Assembly (NCBI GenBank): GCA_036265535.1
Contig: DATAOV010000001.1
Location: 40,582-104,581, forward strand
Length of the DNA stretch: 64,000 bases
Reading direction: 5' to 3'
Source of the DNA: Gaiellaceae bacterium
GTDB lineage: Bacteria > Actinomycetota > Thermoleophilia > Gaiellales > Gaiellaceae
The notes under the pieces were generated by a model. It did no database searches, was not told the origin of the DNA, and saw only the letters and a list, made by a program, of their open reading frames with translations. This document shows positions 47,744 to 56,910 of the stretch, piece by piece. Position 1 is the first letter of the stretch. Each line of letters starts with the position of its first letter. The translations under genes were made by a program, and so were the position numbers.

Positions 47744-49978
47744 CTACGCCCGCTCGAGCATCCGCTCCAGCAGCGCGAGTGCGCCGGCCTTGTCGAGCGG
47801 TTCGTTCAGGTTGCCGCACTTCGGGCTCTGGACGCACGACGGACATCCGCGCTCGCACGGACAGCCGGCGAGGAGCTTCGCGGTGTCGTCGACCCAGCCC
47901 TCGAAGGCCTCGAAGCCCCGCTCGGTGATCCCGACGCCGCCAGAATGCCCGTCGTAGACGAAGATCGTCGGCCGGCCGGTCTGGAAGTGCAGGTTCGTCG
48001 AGAGCCCGCCGATGTCCCAGCGGTCGCACATCGCCCAGAGTGGCAGCAGCGCGATCAGCGAGTGCTCGGCTGCGTGGAGCGAGCCCAGCAGCCGCGGCAT
48101 CTCCTCCAGCCCGTCGAGCATCCACGGCTCGGGCAGGAACCAGATCGCCTCGGTCTCGAACTCGGTCTGCGGTAGGTCGAGCGCGACGAGGTCGATGCGT
48201 TCCTGGGTCTGGATCGACTTGCGCTGGTAGCCGACCACCTGCTCGGTGACCCGTACGCGCCCGAAGGAGAGCGGCAGCCCAAGCCGTTGCTCGTGGCGCA
48301 TGGGCTCGACGATCTCGGTCGCCGTTTCCTTCTTCGCCTGGGTGTAGTAGTCGCCGCTGAAGGGCTCGACGACCGCGGTGCGCGAGGCGAGGTCGAGCAT
48401 TTGCACCCGGTAGCTATCGCCGAGGTGGAGGTAGATCGCACCGCCGTGGACGGTCGAATACGCGCGCGCCTCCTCGCTGATTCCGAGCAGCGTTCCGCTA
48501 GAGCCGTCGACGATCGAGAACGCCTCCGGCGAAGTCGAGCGGAGCGAGACACGCGCCGCCGGGTAGTCACGGCCGGCCCAGACGTAGCCTGCTTTGGTGT
48601 TGCGAAGCTCCGGGAGCACGGCTGCCCGCTCCAGGGCCGCGTCTCCGAGCAGGGCGCGGTCGCGGTCGTCGAGCGGGGCCTCGAAGGCCGCCGCTCGGAC
48701 GTGGCCGTCGAGCACGCGCGGGTTCTCGTGGTCGAGGATGGCCGCCTCGACCCTGCGACCGAGCAGCGCCTGCGGCTCGCGCATGAAGTACTGGTCGAGC
48801 GCGTCCTCGCTCGCGATGAGGACCGCCAGCCCGTGGCCTCTTCGGCCCGCCCGCCCCCACTGCTGCCGCAGGGACGCGACCGTCCCGGGGAAGCCGACCG
48901 AGATCACACAGTCGAGCAGCCCGATGTCGATCCCGAGCTCGAGCGCGTTCGTCGCCGAGACCCCGAGCAGCTCACCCTCGAGGAGCCGCCGCTCGATCTC
49001 ACGCCGCTGCGCGGGCGTGTAGCCGGCGCGGTAGGGCGAGAGAGCCGAGGCATCGCCGAGCCGGTCGGCCGTAAAGCGGTGGACGAGCTCGGCCGCACGC
49101 CGGCTCTTGGCGAAGCAGAGCGTTCGCAGGCCTCGTGAGACGAGGTCGGCCATCAGCCTCGAGGCCTCGCCGAGCGGGCTCGCGCGCAAGCCCAGCTCCT
49201 CGTCGGTGAGCGGTGGGTTCCAGAGCGCCACGGTGCGCTCGGCTCGGGGCGCCGCATCGTCGCCGATCACCGCGGTCTCGGTTCCGAGCAGCCGAGCGCC
49301 GAGCTCGCCCGGGTTGGCGATCGTCGCCGAGGCGAGCAGGAATTGCGGCTCGGCGCCGTAGACGCGCGCGAGCCGTCGCAGGCGTCGCAGGACGTTCGCG
49401 ACATGCGATCCGAACACACCGCGGTAGACGTGCGCCTCGTCGACGACCACGTAAGCGAGGTTCGAGAGGACGTCGCCCCAGCGGTCGTGATGGGGGAGGA
49501 CGCCTACGTGGAGCATGTCGGGGTTCGACAGGACGAGGTTTGCCCACTTGCGCACCTGCCAGCGGTGCTCCGAGGCCGTGTCCCCGTCGTAGATCGCCGC
49601 GCGGAGCTTCGGCAGCTTCAGCTCTCCGAGCGAGCGCAGTTGGTCCTGCGCCAACGCCTTCGTCGGGTAGAGGTAGAGCGCACGCTGCTTCGGCTCGCGC
49701 GCCAGCGCGTCGAGGACCGGCAGGTTGAAGGCGAGGGTCTTCCCACTCGCGGTCCCGGTCGTGATCACGAGATGCTCGCCCCGCCGGGCCGCCTCCCACG
49801 CCGCGGCCTGGTGCGCGTAGAGCGCGTCCACTCCCTGCGCCTCGAGCGCGTCTCGCACTCGCGGGTGGAGATCCTCCGGCAGCGGCGTGAGCCGTGGCTT
49901 CCGGGCCGCCTCGGTGCCGAGGTGGGCGAGCTCCTCTCCGGCGAGCAGGTCGTCCCAGCGGGCAACGCTGATGGCCAT
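47744..49978 (-). CDS. DEXH-box SF2 helicase with C-terminal DUF1998/MZB zinc domain (MrfA/YprA, SftH family)
   Basis: TGTASGKT, VVVDEAHVYRG, SATIANP and QQWGRAGRRG. C-terminal CPCERGCPSCVQSPKCGNLNEPLDK. Start set to ATG 49978 (MAISVARWDD); the upstream 181 codons of the track ORF run through the thi leader and thiD. Confidence 0.9.
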   Translation of the reverse strand: MAISVARWDDLLAGEELAHLGTEAARKPRLTPLPEDLHPRVRDALEAQGVDALYAHQAAAWEAARRGEHLVITTGTASGKTLAFNLPVLDALAREPKQRALYLYPTKALAQDQLRSLGELKLPKLRAAIYDGDTASEHRWQVRKWANLVLSNPDMLHVGVLPHHDRWGDVLSNLAYVVVDEAHVYRGVFGSHVANVLRRLRRLARVYGAEPQFLLASATIANPGELGARLLGTETAVIGDDAAPRAERTVALWNPPLTDEELGLRASPLGEASRLMADLVSRGLRTLCFAKSRRAAELVHRFTADRLGDASALSPYRAGYTPAQRREIERRLLEGELLGVSATNALELGIDIGLLDCVISVGFPGTVASLRQQWGRAGRRGHGLAVLIASEDALDQYFMREPQALLGRRVEAAILDHENPRVLDGHVRAAAFEAPLDDRDRALLGDAALERAAVLPELRNTKAGYVWAGRDYPAARVSLRSTSPEAFSIVDGSSGTLLGISEEARAYSTVHGGAIYLHLGDSYRVQMLDLASRTAVVEPFSGDYYTQAKKETATEIVEPMRHEQRLGLPLSFGRVRVTEQVVGYQRKSIQTQERIDLVALDLPQTEFETEAIWFLPEPWMLDGLEEMPRLLGSLHAAEHSLIALLPLWAMCDRWDIGGLSTNLHFQTGRPTIFVYDGHSGGVGITERGFEAFEGWVDDTAKLLAGCPCERGCPSCVQSPKCGNLNEPLDKAGALALLERMLERA

Positions 49979-49997
49979 CCACCGATGGTAGCCTTGC

Positions 49998-50070
49998 CGC
50001 TCCGGGGTGCCCTCAGGGGCTGAGATCACACCCGTCGAACCTGATCCGGTTCGCACCGGCGAAGGGAGTG
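49998..50070 (+). promoter_or_regulatory. TPP (THI-box) riboswitch
   Basis: CGCUCC-GGGGUGCC..GGGGCUGAGA..ACCC..GAACCUGAUCCGGUUCGCACCGGCGAAGG-GGAGUG. It has the conserved CUGAGA and ACCUGAUCCGG..CCGGCG elements. P1 pairs CGCUCC with GGAGUG. It lies directly upstream of thiD. Confidence 0.9.
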
Positions 50071-50072
50071 CT

Positions 50073-50837
50073 GTGGTTTCGAGATGTCTCACGATCGCCG
50101 GCTCGGACTCGGGCGGAGGCGCCGGCGTCCAGGCCGACCTGAAGGCTTTTGCGGCCGCGGGCGCGCACGGCATGAGCGCGATCGTCGCCCTGACCGCGCA
50201 GAACACCGTTGGCGTCACCGCGGTGCACGAGTTGCCGCCGGAGTTCGTCCGCGCCGAGCTGGAGGCGGTCTTCGACGACCTCGGCGTGGATGCGGCCAAG
50301 ACGGGGATGCTCTTCTCGGCTGCGTTGATCGAGACGGTGGCCGATTTCCTCCAGGCGAACCCGGTGCCGCTGGTGGTCGATCCGGTGATGGTCGCAAGCT
50401 CCGGAGCGCGCCTGCTCGAGGAGGACGCGGTCGAGACACTGGTCGCTCGGCTCTTCCCCCTGGCGACGGTGGTCACGCCGAATGTCGCCGAGGCCGAGGT
50501 GCTCGTCGGAGCCGGCTCCAAGGAGGAGCTGGCGGAGCGGATCTACGACCTGGGCGCGAAGACGGTGATCGTGACCGGCGGACACGGCGAGCCGGTCGAC
50601 CAGCTCTTCGACGGGGTCTGCCACCTCGCGATCCCGGTCGAGCGTCACGAGGTCGCCTCCACTCACGGCGCCGGCTGTACGCACTCGGCCACCCTGGCCG
50701 CGCTGCTCGCCCGGGGGGAGAGCTTGGAGGCAGCGGCCATCGGAGCGGCGGAGGCAGCCTCGCGGTCGGTCGCGCAGGGCCATCCCGACCTCGGTGCGGG
50801 GGACGGACCGGTCGACGTCCTGCGAGGCGTCGCGTGA
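50073..50837 (+). CDS. thiD: Hydroxymethylpyrimidine/phosphomethylpyrimidine kinase ThiD
   Basis: LTIAGSDSGGGAGVQADLK. Start moved from track 50007 (inside the riboswitch) to GTG 50073, 2 nt after the P1 3' strand that contains the SD-like GGGAG. Confidence 0.9.
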   Translation: MVSRCLTIAGSDSGGGAGVQADLKAFAAAGAHGMSAIVALTAQNTVGVTAVHELPPEFVRAELEAVFDDLGVDAAKTGMLFSAALIETVADFLQANPVPLVVDPVMVASSGARLLEEDAVETLVARLFPLATVVTPNVAEAEVLVGAGSKEELAERIYDLGAKTVIVTGGHGEPVDQLFDGVCHLAIPVERHEVASTHGAGCTHSATLAALLARGESLEAAAIGAAEAASRSVAQGHPDLGAGDGPVDVLRGVA

Positions 50838-51619
50838 ACGTCGGCGCCGACCTCGCCGCGATTCGCGAGCACAAGCCGCTCGTTCACCAGATCACGAACT
50901 TCGTGGTCATGAACGAGACCGCGAACGCGACGCTCGCTCTCGGCGCGCTGCCGGTGATGGCCCACGCCGTCCAGGAGGTGGAGGAGATGGCCCGGGCCGC
51001 CTCGGCCCTCGTGCTCAACATCGGCACGCTCTCAGACGAGTGGACTGACGCGATGCTCCGCGCGGGCCGGGCGGCGAACGGCGCCGGGGTCCCCGTGGTG
51101 CTCGATCCGGTCGGGGCGGGCGCGACCGCCTACCGCACCGAGACGGCTCGCATGCTCGTGGACGGGCTCGAGCTCGCGGTGGTTCGAGGCAATTCCGCCG
51201 AGATCGCCACGCTCGCGGGCCGCGAGGGCGAGATCCGCGGCGTCGAAGCGGTCGGCAACGGCGGCGGGCCGGAGCTCGCCCGCCAGGCCGCGCAGGCACT
51301 CGGCTGCATTGCCGCGGTCACGGGACCGGTCGACCATGTCTCGGACGGGGAACGCATGCTCGGGATCGCCAACGGACACGAGCTGATGGCGACGGTGACC
51401 GGCACCGGGTGCATGTCCACCGCCATCACCGGCTGCTTCCTGGCCGTTCGTGCGGACAACCCGCTCGAGGCAGCGGCCGAGGCACTGGTGGCCTTCGGCG
51501 TCGCAGGCGAGGACGCGGCCCGCCAGGCCGAAAAGCCCGGTTCCTTCCACGTCGCCCTCTACGACGCGCTCTACGACCTCGATCCGGCGACGCTCGACTC
51601 CCGGGCGAAGGTCGAGTGA
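50834..51619 (+). CDS. thiM: Hydroxyethylthiazole kinase ThiM
   Basis: VHQITNFVVMNETANATLALGALPVMA, and TGTGC. GTGA overlap with thiD. Confidence 0.9.
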   Translation: MNVGADLAAIREHKPLVHQITNFVVMNETANATLALGALPVMAHAVQEVEEMARAASALVLNIGTLSDEWTDAMLRAGRAANGAGVPVVLDPVGAGATAYRTETARMLVDGLELAVVRGNSAEIATLAGREGEIRGVEAVGNGGGPELARQAAQALGCIAAVTGPVDHVSDGERMLGIANGHELMATVTGTGCMSTAITGCFLAVRADNPLEAAAEALVAFGVAGEDAARQAEKPGSFHVALYDALYDLDPATLDSRAKVE

Positions 51620-52164
51620 AGCTCCATGCCGTCGTGAGCGACCTCGAAACGGCTCGGAAGGCCGTCGCAGGGGGCGCGACGGTCGTCCAGCTGCGCGTGA
51701 AGGCTCCGACCGAGCAGATCGTCGAGGCCGGACGCGGCTTCCGTGATCTGCCGGTGACCCTCGTCGTGAACGACGACGTGGAGGCGGCGCTGCAGCTCGG
51801 CGCCGACGGCGTTCACCTCGGGCGCGACGACGACGGAGCCGAGCGTGCGCTCGGTGCCGGCCTGCTGCTCGGCACTTCGGCCGCCTCGGTCGTCGAGGCC
51901 CGCGAAGGCGAGGCTCGAGGTGCCGCCTACATCGGCGCGGGTCCGATCTGGACGACCCCGACGAAGCCCGACGCCGACTCTCCGATTGGTCTCGACGGTC
52001 TGCGCGCGATCTGCCAGTCGGTCGCGATCCCGGTGGTCGCGATCGGAGGTGTCGATGCGACGAACGCGGGCGCGTGCATCGAGGCAGGCGCCGCCGGGGT
52101 CGCGGTCGTGCGGGCCGCACGCGAAGCGCTCGCGGTACGGGCGGCAGTCGATGCGGCTCTCTGA
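51616..52164 (+). CDS. thiE: Thiamine-phosphate synthase ThiE
   Basis: VVQLRVK, GADGVHLGRDD, and VAIGGV. GTGA overlap with thiM. Confidence 0.9.
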   Translation: MKLHAVVSDLETARKAVAGGATVVQLRVKAPTEQIVEAGRGFRDLPVTLVVNDDVEAALQLGADGVHLGRDDDGAERALGAGLLLGTSAASVVEAREGEARGAAYIGAGPIWTTPTKPDADSPIGLDGLRAICQSVAIPVVAIGGVDATNAGACIEAGAAGVAVVRAAREALAVRAAVDAAL

Positions 52165-52966
52165 GCTCGGCGAGCTGGGCCTGCTTGCGGAGCTCGAGCG
52201 CCGCGGCCTCGCATGCGGGATCGAGAACGACGCCGCGGAGCTCTCGGGCGGCCGAGTCGTCACGCACGACGTGCTCGTCCAGGAGGTGCACTTCCGCTTG
52301 GGCTGGACGACCTACCGTGAGCTCGGCTACCGCGCCGCGGCCGTCAACCTCAGCGACCTCGCCGCGTCAGGCGCCGAGCCCGAGGGCCTGATCGTCGGCC
52401 TCGGCGCACCGCCGGAGACCTCGCTCGAAGAGGTCATCGAGCTCTACGAGGGCCTCAACGAGCCAGGTGTGCCGATCCTCGGCGGCGACACGACTGCCTC
52501 CGAGCGGCTCTTTTTCTCGGTGACGGCGCTCGGACGCTCGCGGCGTGTACCCGGGCGGGCCGGCGCGCGACCGGGCGACGTCCTCGTCGTGACCGGCCCG
52601 CTCGGCGGCGCGGGCGCGGCCTTCCGCGATCAACGCCACTCACGCCCGCCGCTTCGTCTCGAGGAGGGTCGGCGGCTGGCTGCCAGCGCCGACGCGCTGA
52701 TCGACCTTTCAGACGGTCTCGCCCCTGACGCCCGCCACATCGCGCACCGGTCGGGCTGTCGCCTCGTGATCGAGCTCGAGCGAGTCCCGCTCGCGCCCGG
52801 CGCCACGATCGCCGACCTCGGCTTCGGGGAGGACTACGAGCTCTTGGCGGCGACGCCCGATCCGCTCGATTTCGCCCAGATCGGCCGGTGTTCGGAAGGC
52901 GAGGGCGTCGAGCCCCTGCTCGACGGCGAACCCGTCGAGCTCGGCGGCTGGGAGCACTTCACCTAG
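52151..52966 (+). CDS. thiL: Thiamine-monophosphate kinase ThiL
   Basis: NDAAEL, AVNLSDLAASGAEP, and GGDTT. ATG 52151 overlaps thiE by 14 nt. Confidence 0.88.
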   Translation: MRLSELGELGLLAELERRGLACGIENDAAELSGGRVVTHDVLVQEVHFRLGWTTYRELGYRAAAVNLSDLAASGAEPEGLIVGLGAPPETSLEEVIELYEGLNEPGVPILGGDTTASERLFFSVTALGRSRRVPGRAGARPGDVLVVTGPLGGAGAAFRDQRHSRPPLRLEEGRRLAASADALIDLSDGLAPDARHIAHRSGCRLVIELERVPLAPGATIADLGFGEDYELLAATPDPLDFAQIGRCSEGEGVEPLLDGEPVELGGWEHFT

Positions 52967-53023
52967 CCCCCGCTCCTCACGGCTTGCTGAACCGACCCCG
53001 AGCAGGCAACGTACTGGGCGGCA

Positions 53024-54067
53024 GTGCTTCCCTACGTGCTGAAGAGGCTGGCGTGGGCGGTGGTCGTCTTCATCGCCGTCACCTTTTCGACGTACGTCCT
53101 CTTCTTCGTCATCCCGACGAATCGCCCCGGCAACAGCAATGTCCAGGGCCGCGACATCACCTCGGGCGTCAACCAGGCGACCGGCATCCACGGCCCGGTC
53201 TGGCACGAGTACGGCGTGTTCCTCTGGCGCATCGTCACCGTCCAGAGCCTCGGACGCTCGACCACGAGCCGTGAGGCGGTGAACGACGAGCTCAAGCGCG
53301 CGGCCCCGATCACGGCGTCGCTGCTCTTCGGAGGCGCGGTCTTCTGGATGCTCGTATCGATCCCGATCGGGATCCTCTCGGCGCTCCGGCCGCGCTCGCT
53401 TTTAGACAGGGCCACCATGCTCTTCGTCCTGATCGGGATCTCGGTGCATCCGATCTGGCTCGGGCTGATCCTTGTCTACGTCTTCGGCCACAAGCTGAAC
53501 CTGTTCCCGCTGGGCGGGTACTGCGACTTCTTCTATGCGGGCAAGAGCGAGATCTGCGGCGGGCCGCGCCAGTGGGCCTACCACCTGATCCTGCCCTGGA
53601 TCACGTTCGGGATGCTGTTCGCCGCCCTCTACGTGCGCATGATCCGCGCGAGCGTCCGTGAGACGCTCGACAACGACTACGTCATGACCGCGAGGGCTAA
53701 GGGCGCCTCCGAGCTGAGGGTCGTGCGCAACCACGTGCTCAAGAACGCGTTCCTGCCGGTGATCACGATGCTCGGGATGGACATCAGCATCGCCTTCGGC
53801 GGCTCCGTGTTCGTCGAGACGGTCTTCGGCCTGCCGGGGATCGGGAGGCTTGCGGTGCGCAGCCTGCAGCGCCAGGACTTACCACCGCTGCTGGGGATCA
53901 TCGTCCTCGTGACGGTGGCGATCCTGATCTTCAACCTGGTCGTGGACCTGCTCTACGCCTGGCTTGACCCGCGCATCGGGACCTCGCCGCGTGGTCTGGA
54001 CGAGGAGGACCAGGCTCAGCTGAAGAAGGCGCGCGCCGAGCCGTCCGCGAAACCCATGCGGGCGTGA
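53024..54067 (+). CDS. ABC transporter permease, DppB/OppB family (no partner genes adjacent)
   Basis: N-terminal YVLKRLAWAVVVFIAVTFSTYVLFFVIP and EAA-type loop YVMTARAKGASELRVVRNHVLKNA. Confidence 0.85.
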   Translation: MLPYVLKRLAWAVVVFIAVTFSTYVLFFVIPTNRPGNSNVQGRDITSGVNQATGIHGPVWHEYGVFLWRIVTVQSLGRSTTSREAVNDELKRAAPITASLLFGGAVFWMLVSIPIGILSALRPRSLLDRATMLFVLIGISVHPIWLGLILVYVFGHKLNLFPLGGYCDFFYAGKSEICGGPRQWAYHLILPWITFGMLFAALYVRMIRASVRETLDNDYVMTARAKGASELRVVRNHVLKNAFLPVITMLGMDISIAFGGSVFVETVFGLPGIGRLAVRSLQRQDLPPLLGIIVLVTVAILIFNLVVDLLYAWLDPRIGTSPRGLDEEDQAQLKKARAEPSAKPMRA

Positions 54068-54131
54068 ACTCCCTGACGGATCGACTGGTCATTTCAGATG
54101 CCCGCACGGGCTGAGAACGGCAGCGCAAGCC

Positions 54132-54455
54132 TCAGGCGGGCGTGAGCCACTGCGCCCACGCCTGCTCGTAGTGCGAGCGGGGCCGGGCGCCGATGACGGT
54201 CTCTTGCGGCTCTCCGCCGTCGAAGAGGATCGCCGTCGGAATCGAGAGCACCTCGTAACGAGAGGCGGTCTGGAGGTTCTGGTCGATGTCGAGCTTCGCG
54301 AACTTGACCCTCGGGCCGTACTCCTCCTCGAGCTGGCGGAGCACCGGCTCGACCGCGCGACAGGGCCCGCACCAGGGCGCCCAGAAATCGACGATCACCG
54401 GGGTCTCCGCCTGCAGGACCTCCAGCTCGAAGGTCGCGTCGGTCAGCTCGTTCAC
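54132..54455 (-). CDS. trxA: Thioredoxin
   Basis: WAPWCGPC active site, 107 aa. Confidence 0.95.
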   Translation of the reverse strand: MNELTDATFELEVLQAETPVIVDFWAPWCGPCRAVEPVLRQLEEEYGPRVKFAKLDIDQNLQTASRYEVLSIPTAILFDGGEPQETVIGARPRSHYEQAWAQWLTPA

Positions 54456-54465
54456 GAGCTCAATG

Positions 54466-55179
54466 CTACAGCCGCCTCGTGAGCGCCCGGAGCCGCAGCA
54501 GCGGCACCTTCCACATCGCCTCGAGCACGATGCCGCGGCTCATCTTCGAGCCTCCTCGCTCGCGGTCGGCGAAGGCGATCGGCACCTCGACTACGCGGAA
54601 GCCGGCCCGGAGCGCGCGGTAGGTCGTCTCGATCTGGAAGGCATAGCCGCGTGAGGTGATGGCATCGAGGTCGAGGGTCTCGAGCACCTCCCGCCGGAAG
54701 CACTTGAAGCCGCCCGTGAGATCCCGGACCGGCACGCCGAGGACGTGGCGCGCGTAGGCCGACCCTCCCGCCGAGACGAACCGGCGCCAGCGGCCCCAGT
54801 TGCGGATCGAGCCCCCCCGGACGTAACGGGAACCGAGCACCACGTCCGCCGCGCCGGCCCCGCGCACCAAGCGCGGGACGTCGCCCGGATCGTGCGAGAA
54901 GTCGGCGTCCATCTCGAGAATCAGCTCCGCTCCGTCGGTGAGCGCGTGGCGGAAGCCCGCGAGGTAGGCGGGGCCGAGGCCTTCCTTGGCCTCCCGGTGC
55001 ATTACCTCGACGTAGTCGAGCTCGCGGGCGAGCCGATCGGCCAGCTCGCCGGTTCCGTCCGGCGAGTTGTCGTCGATGACGAGCACTGCCACCTCTTGCT
55101 CACCCAGAGCGCGGACGATCGCCTCGAGGTTCTCGCGCTCGTTGTAGGTGGGCAGGCAGACGATAGCGCGCACGTCCAT
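54466..55179 (-). CDS. Polyprenol-phosphate mannosyltransferase (GT2, Ppm1/DPM1-like)
   Basis: LPTYNERENL, IDDNSPDGT, and MDADFSHDP. Start ATG 55179 (MDVRAIVCLP). Confidence 0.88.
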   Translation of the reverse strand: MDVRAIVCLPTYNERENLEAIVRALGEQEVAVLVIDDNSPDGTGELADRLARELDYVEVMHREAKEGLGPAYLAGFRHALTDGAELILEMDADFSHDPGDVPRLVRGAGAADVVLGSRYVRGGSIRNWGRWRRFVSAGGSAYARHVLGVPVRDLTGGFKCFRREVLETLDLDAITSRGYAFQIETTYRALRAGFRVVEVPIAFADRERGGSKMSRGIVLEAMWKVPLLRLRALTRRL

Positions 55180-56910
55180 ATGATCGCTGCAGTGGCGAAG
55201 ACGAAGACGCTTCCCCGCAACGCCGATGTAGCCGAGCAGCTGGAGCTCCTGTCCGACCTGCTCGAGATCGAGGGTCAGCCCGCCTTCCGCGTGCTCGCCT
55301 ACCGGAGGGCCGCGACCCGGATCCGCGAGAGCGGCACGCCGGTCGCCCAGCTCGCGCTCGAGGGCAAGGCGAAGGAGCTGCAGGGGATCGGCGCGACGAT
55401 CCAGGACAAGATCGTTCAGATCGTCGACACGGGCGAGATCGAGGCGCTGACGAAGCGGCGCAAGGCGATCCCGCCGGAGGTGGTGGAGTTCCTGAACATC
55501 CCGGGGCTCGGCCCGAAGACGGTGCGGAAGATCTGGCAGGAGCTCGGCATCACGACGCTCGCGGAGCTGAAGGAGGCAGCGCGGTCGCAGCGGCTGCGGA
55601 CGCTTCCGGGGCTGGGCGCGAAGCTCGAGGAGAACGTGCTCAAGTTGGTCGGGCGCAAGAAGAAGGCGACCGGGCCGCCGCGGACGCTGCTCGGCCGAGC
55701 GCTGCCGGCGCTGCTCGCGGTGGTCGAGGTCCTGCGCGAGCATCCGGCGGCGGATCGCGTTTCGGAGGCAGGGAGCGCGCGGCGCCGGAAGGAGACGGTC
55801 CGCGACCTCGACATCATCGCGACCGCGAGCGACCCGGTCGCACTGACCGGGTACTTCACGAGCCTGAACTGGGTTTCCGAGGTCGTGGCCAAGGGGCCGA
55901 CAAAGGCCACGGTGGTCTCACACGACGGCTTCCGCTTCGACCTGCGGGTGGTGCCGCCCGAGTGCTACGGCAACCTGCTCCAGCACTTCACCGGTTCGAA
56001 GGCGCACAACGTCGCGCTGCGGGAGGACGCGGTTCGCCGTGGGCTCTCGGTCTCGGAGTACGGCGTGACCGAGGTCGAGAGCGGCGAGGTCTTCACCACC
56101 CAGAGCGAGGAGGAGCTCTACGAGCGGCTCGGGTACCAGTTCATCCCGCCGGAGCTGCGCGAGAACGCCGGCGAGCTCGAGGCCGCCCGGAAGGGTGAGC
56201 TGCCGGAGCTCGTCGAAGTCGGGCAGCTGCGGGGCGACCTGCACACGCACACGCACTGGTCTGCGGACGGGAAGAACACCCTGACCGAGATGGTCGACGC
56301 CGCGAAGGCGAAGGGCTATGCGTACTACGCGATCACCGACCACTCCCACTACCTGCGCGAAGGGCGGATGGAGCAGCAGGCGAGGGAGATCGACAAGGCA
56401 GCGAAGCGGGTGGCACCGATGAAGCTCCTGAAGGGCGTCGAGGCGAACATCAAGGCGGACGGGACGCTCGACGTACCCGACGAGGTGCTGGCCGAACGGG
56501 ACTGGGTGGTGGCCTCGATCCACACTGCCTTCGACCGCGACCCGACCGAGCGGATCCTCGTGACGATGGACAACCCGCACGTGCACTGCATCGGCCACCT
56601 GACCGGTCGCAAGCTGAGCCGTCGCGAGCCGATGGAGATCGACCTCGAGCGGGTGCTCGTGAAAGCGGTCGAGACCGGCACCTTCCTGGAGATCAACTCC
56701 CAGCCCGACCGGCTCGATCTCCGCGACGTGAACGCGCGCGTGGCCGGGGAGGCGGGTGTCCCGGTCGTCGTCTCGAGCGACGCTCACCAGGTGAAGGCGC
56801 TCGACTACGTCGAGTTCGGTGTCGCGCAGGCACGCAGGGCCTGGCTGGGAGCCGACCAGGTTGTCAATACCCGCACGCTGGCCCAGCTGAAGAAGCTGAT
56901 GAAGAAGTGA
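55180..56910 (+). CDS. polX: Family X DNA polymerase with C-terminal PHP domain (PolX)
   Basis: HhH motifs GIGATIQDKI and PGLGPKT, the catalytic DLDII region, and PHP DLHTHTHWS...ITDHS. Start ATG 55180 (alternative GTG 55192). Confidence 0.9.
   Translation: MIAAVAKTKTLPRNADVAEQLELLSDLLEIEGQPAFRVLAYRRAATRIRESGTPVAQLALEGKAKELQGIGATIQDKIVQIVDTGEIEALTKRRKAIPPEVVEFLNIPGLGPKTVRKIWQELGITTLAELKEAARSQRLRTLPGLGAKLEENVLKLVGRKKKATGPPRTLLGRALPALLAVVEVLREHPAADRVSEAGSARRRKETVRDLDIIATASDPVALTGYFTSLNWVSEVVAKGPTKATVVSHDGFRFDLRVVPPECYGNLLQHFTGSKAHNVALREDAVRRGLSVSEYGVTEVESGEVFTTQSEEELYERLGYQFIPPELRENAGELEAARKGELPELVEVGQLRGDLHTHTHWSADGKNTLTEMVDAAKAKGYAYYAITDHSHYLREGRMEQQAREIDKAAKRVAPMKLLKGVEANIKADGTLDVPDEVLAERDWVVASIHTAFDRDPTERILVTMDNPHVHCIGHLTGRKLSRREPMEIDLERVLVKAVETGTFLEINSQPDRLDLRDVNARVAGEAGVPVVVSSDAHQVKALDYVEFGVAQARRAWLGADQVVNTRTLAQLKKLMKK

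Noticed and set aside
50007-50072. Track start (GTG 50007) for thiD.
   Set aside because: It lies inside the TPP riboswitch aptamer. GTG 50073 gives the usual ThiD N-terminus (VVSRCLTIAGSDSGGGAG).
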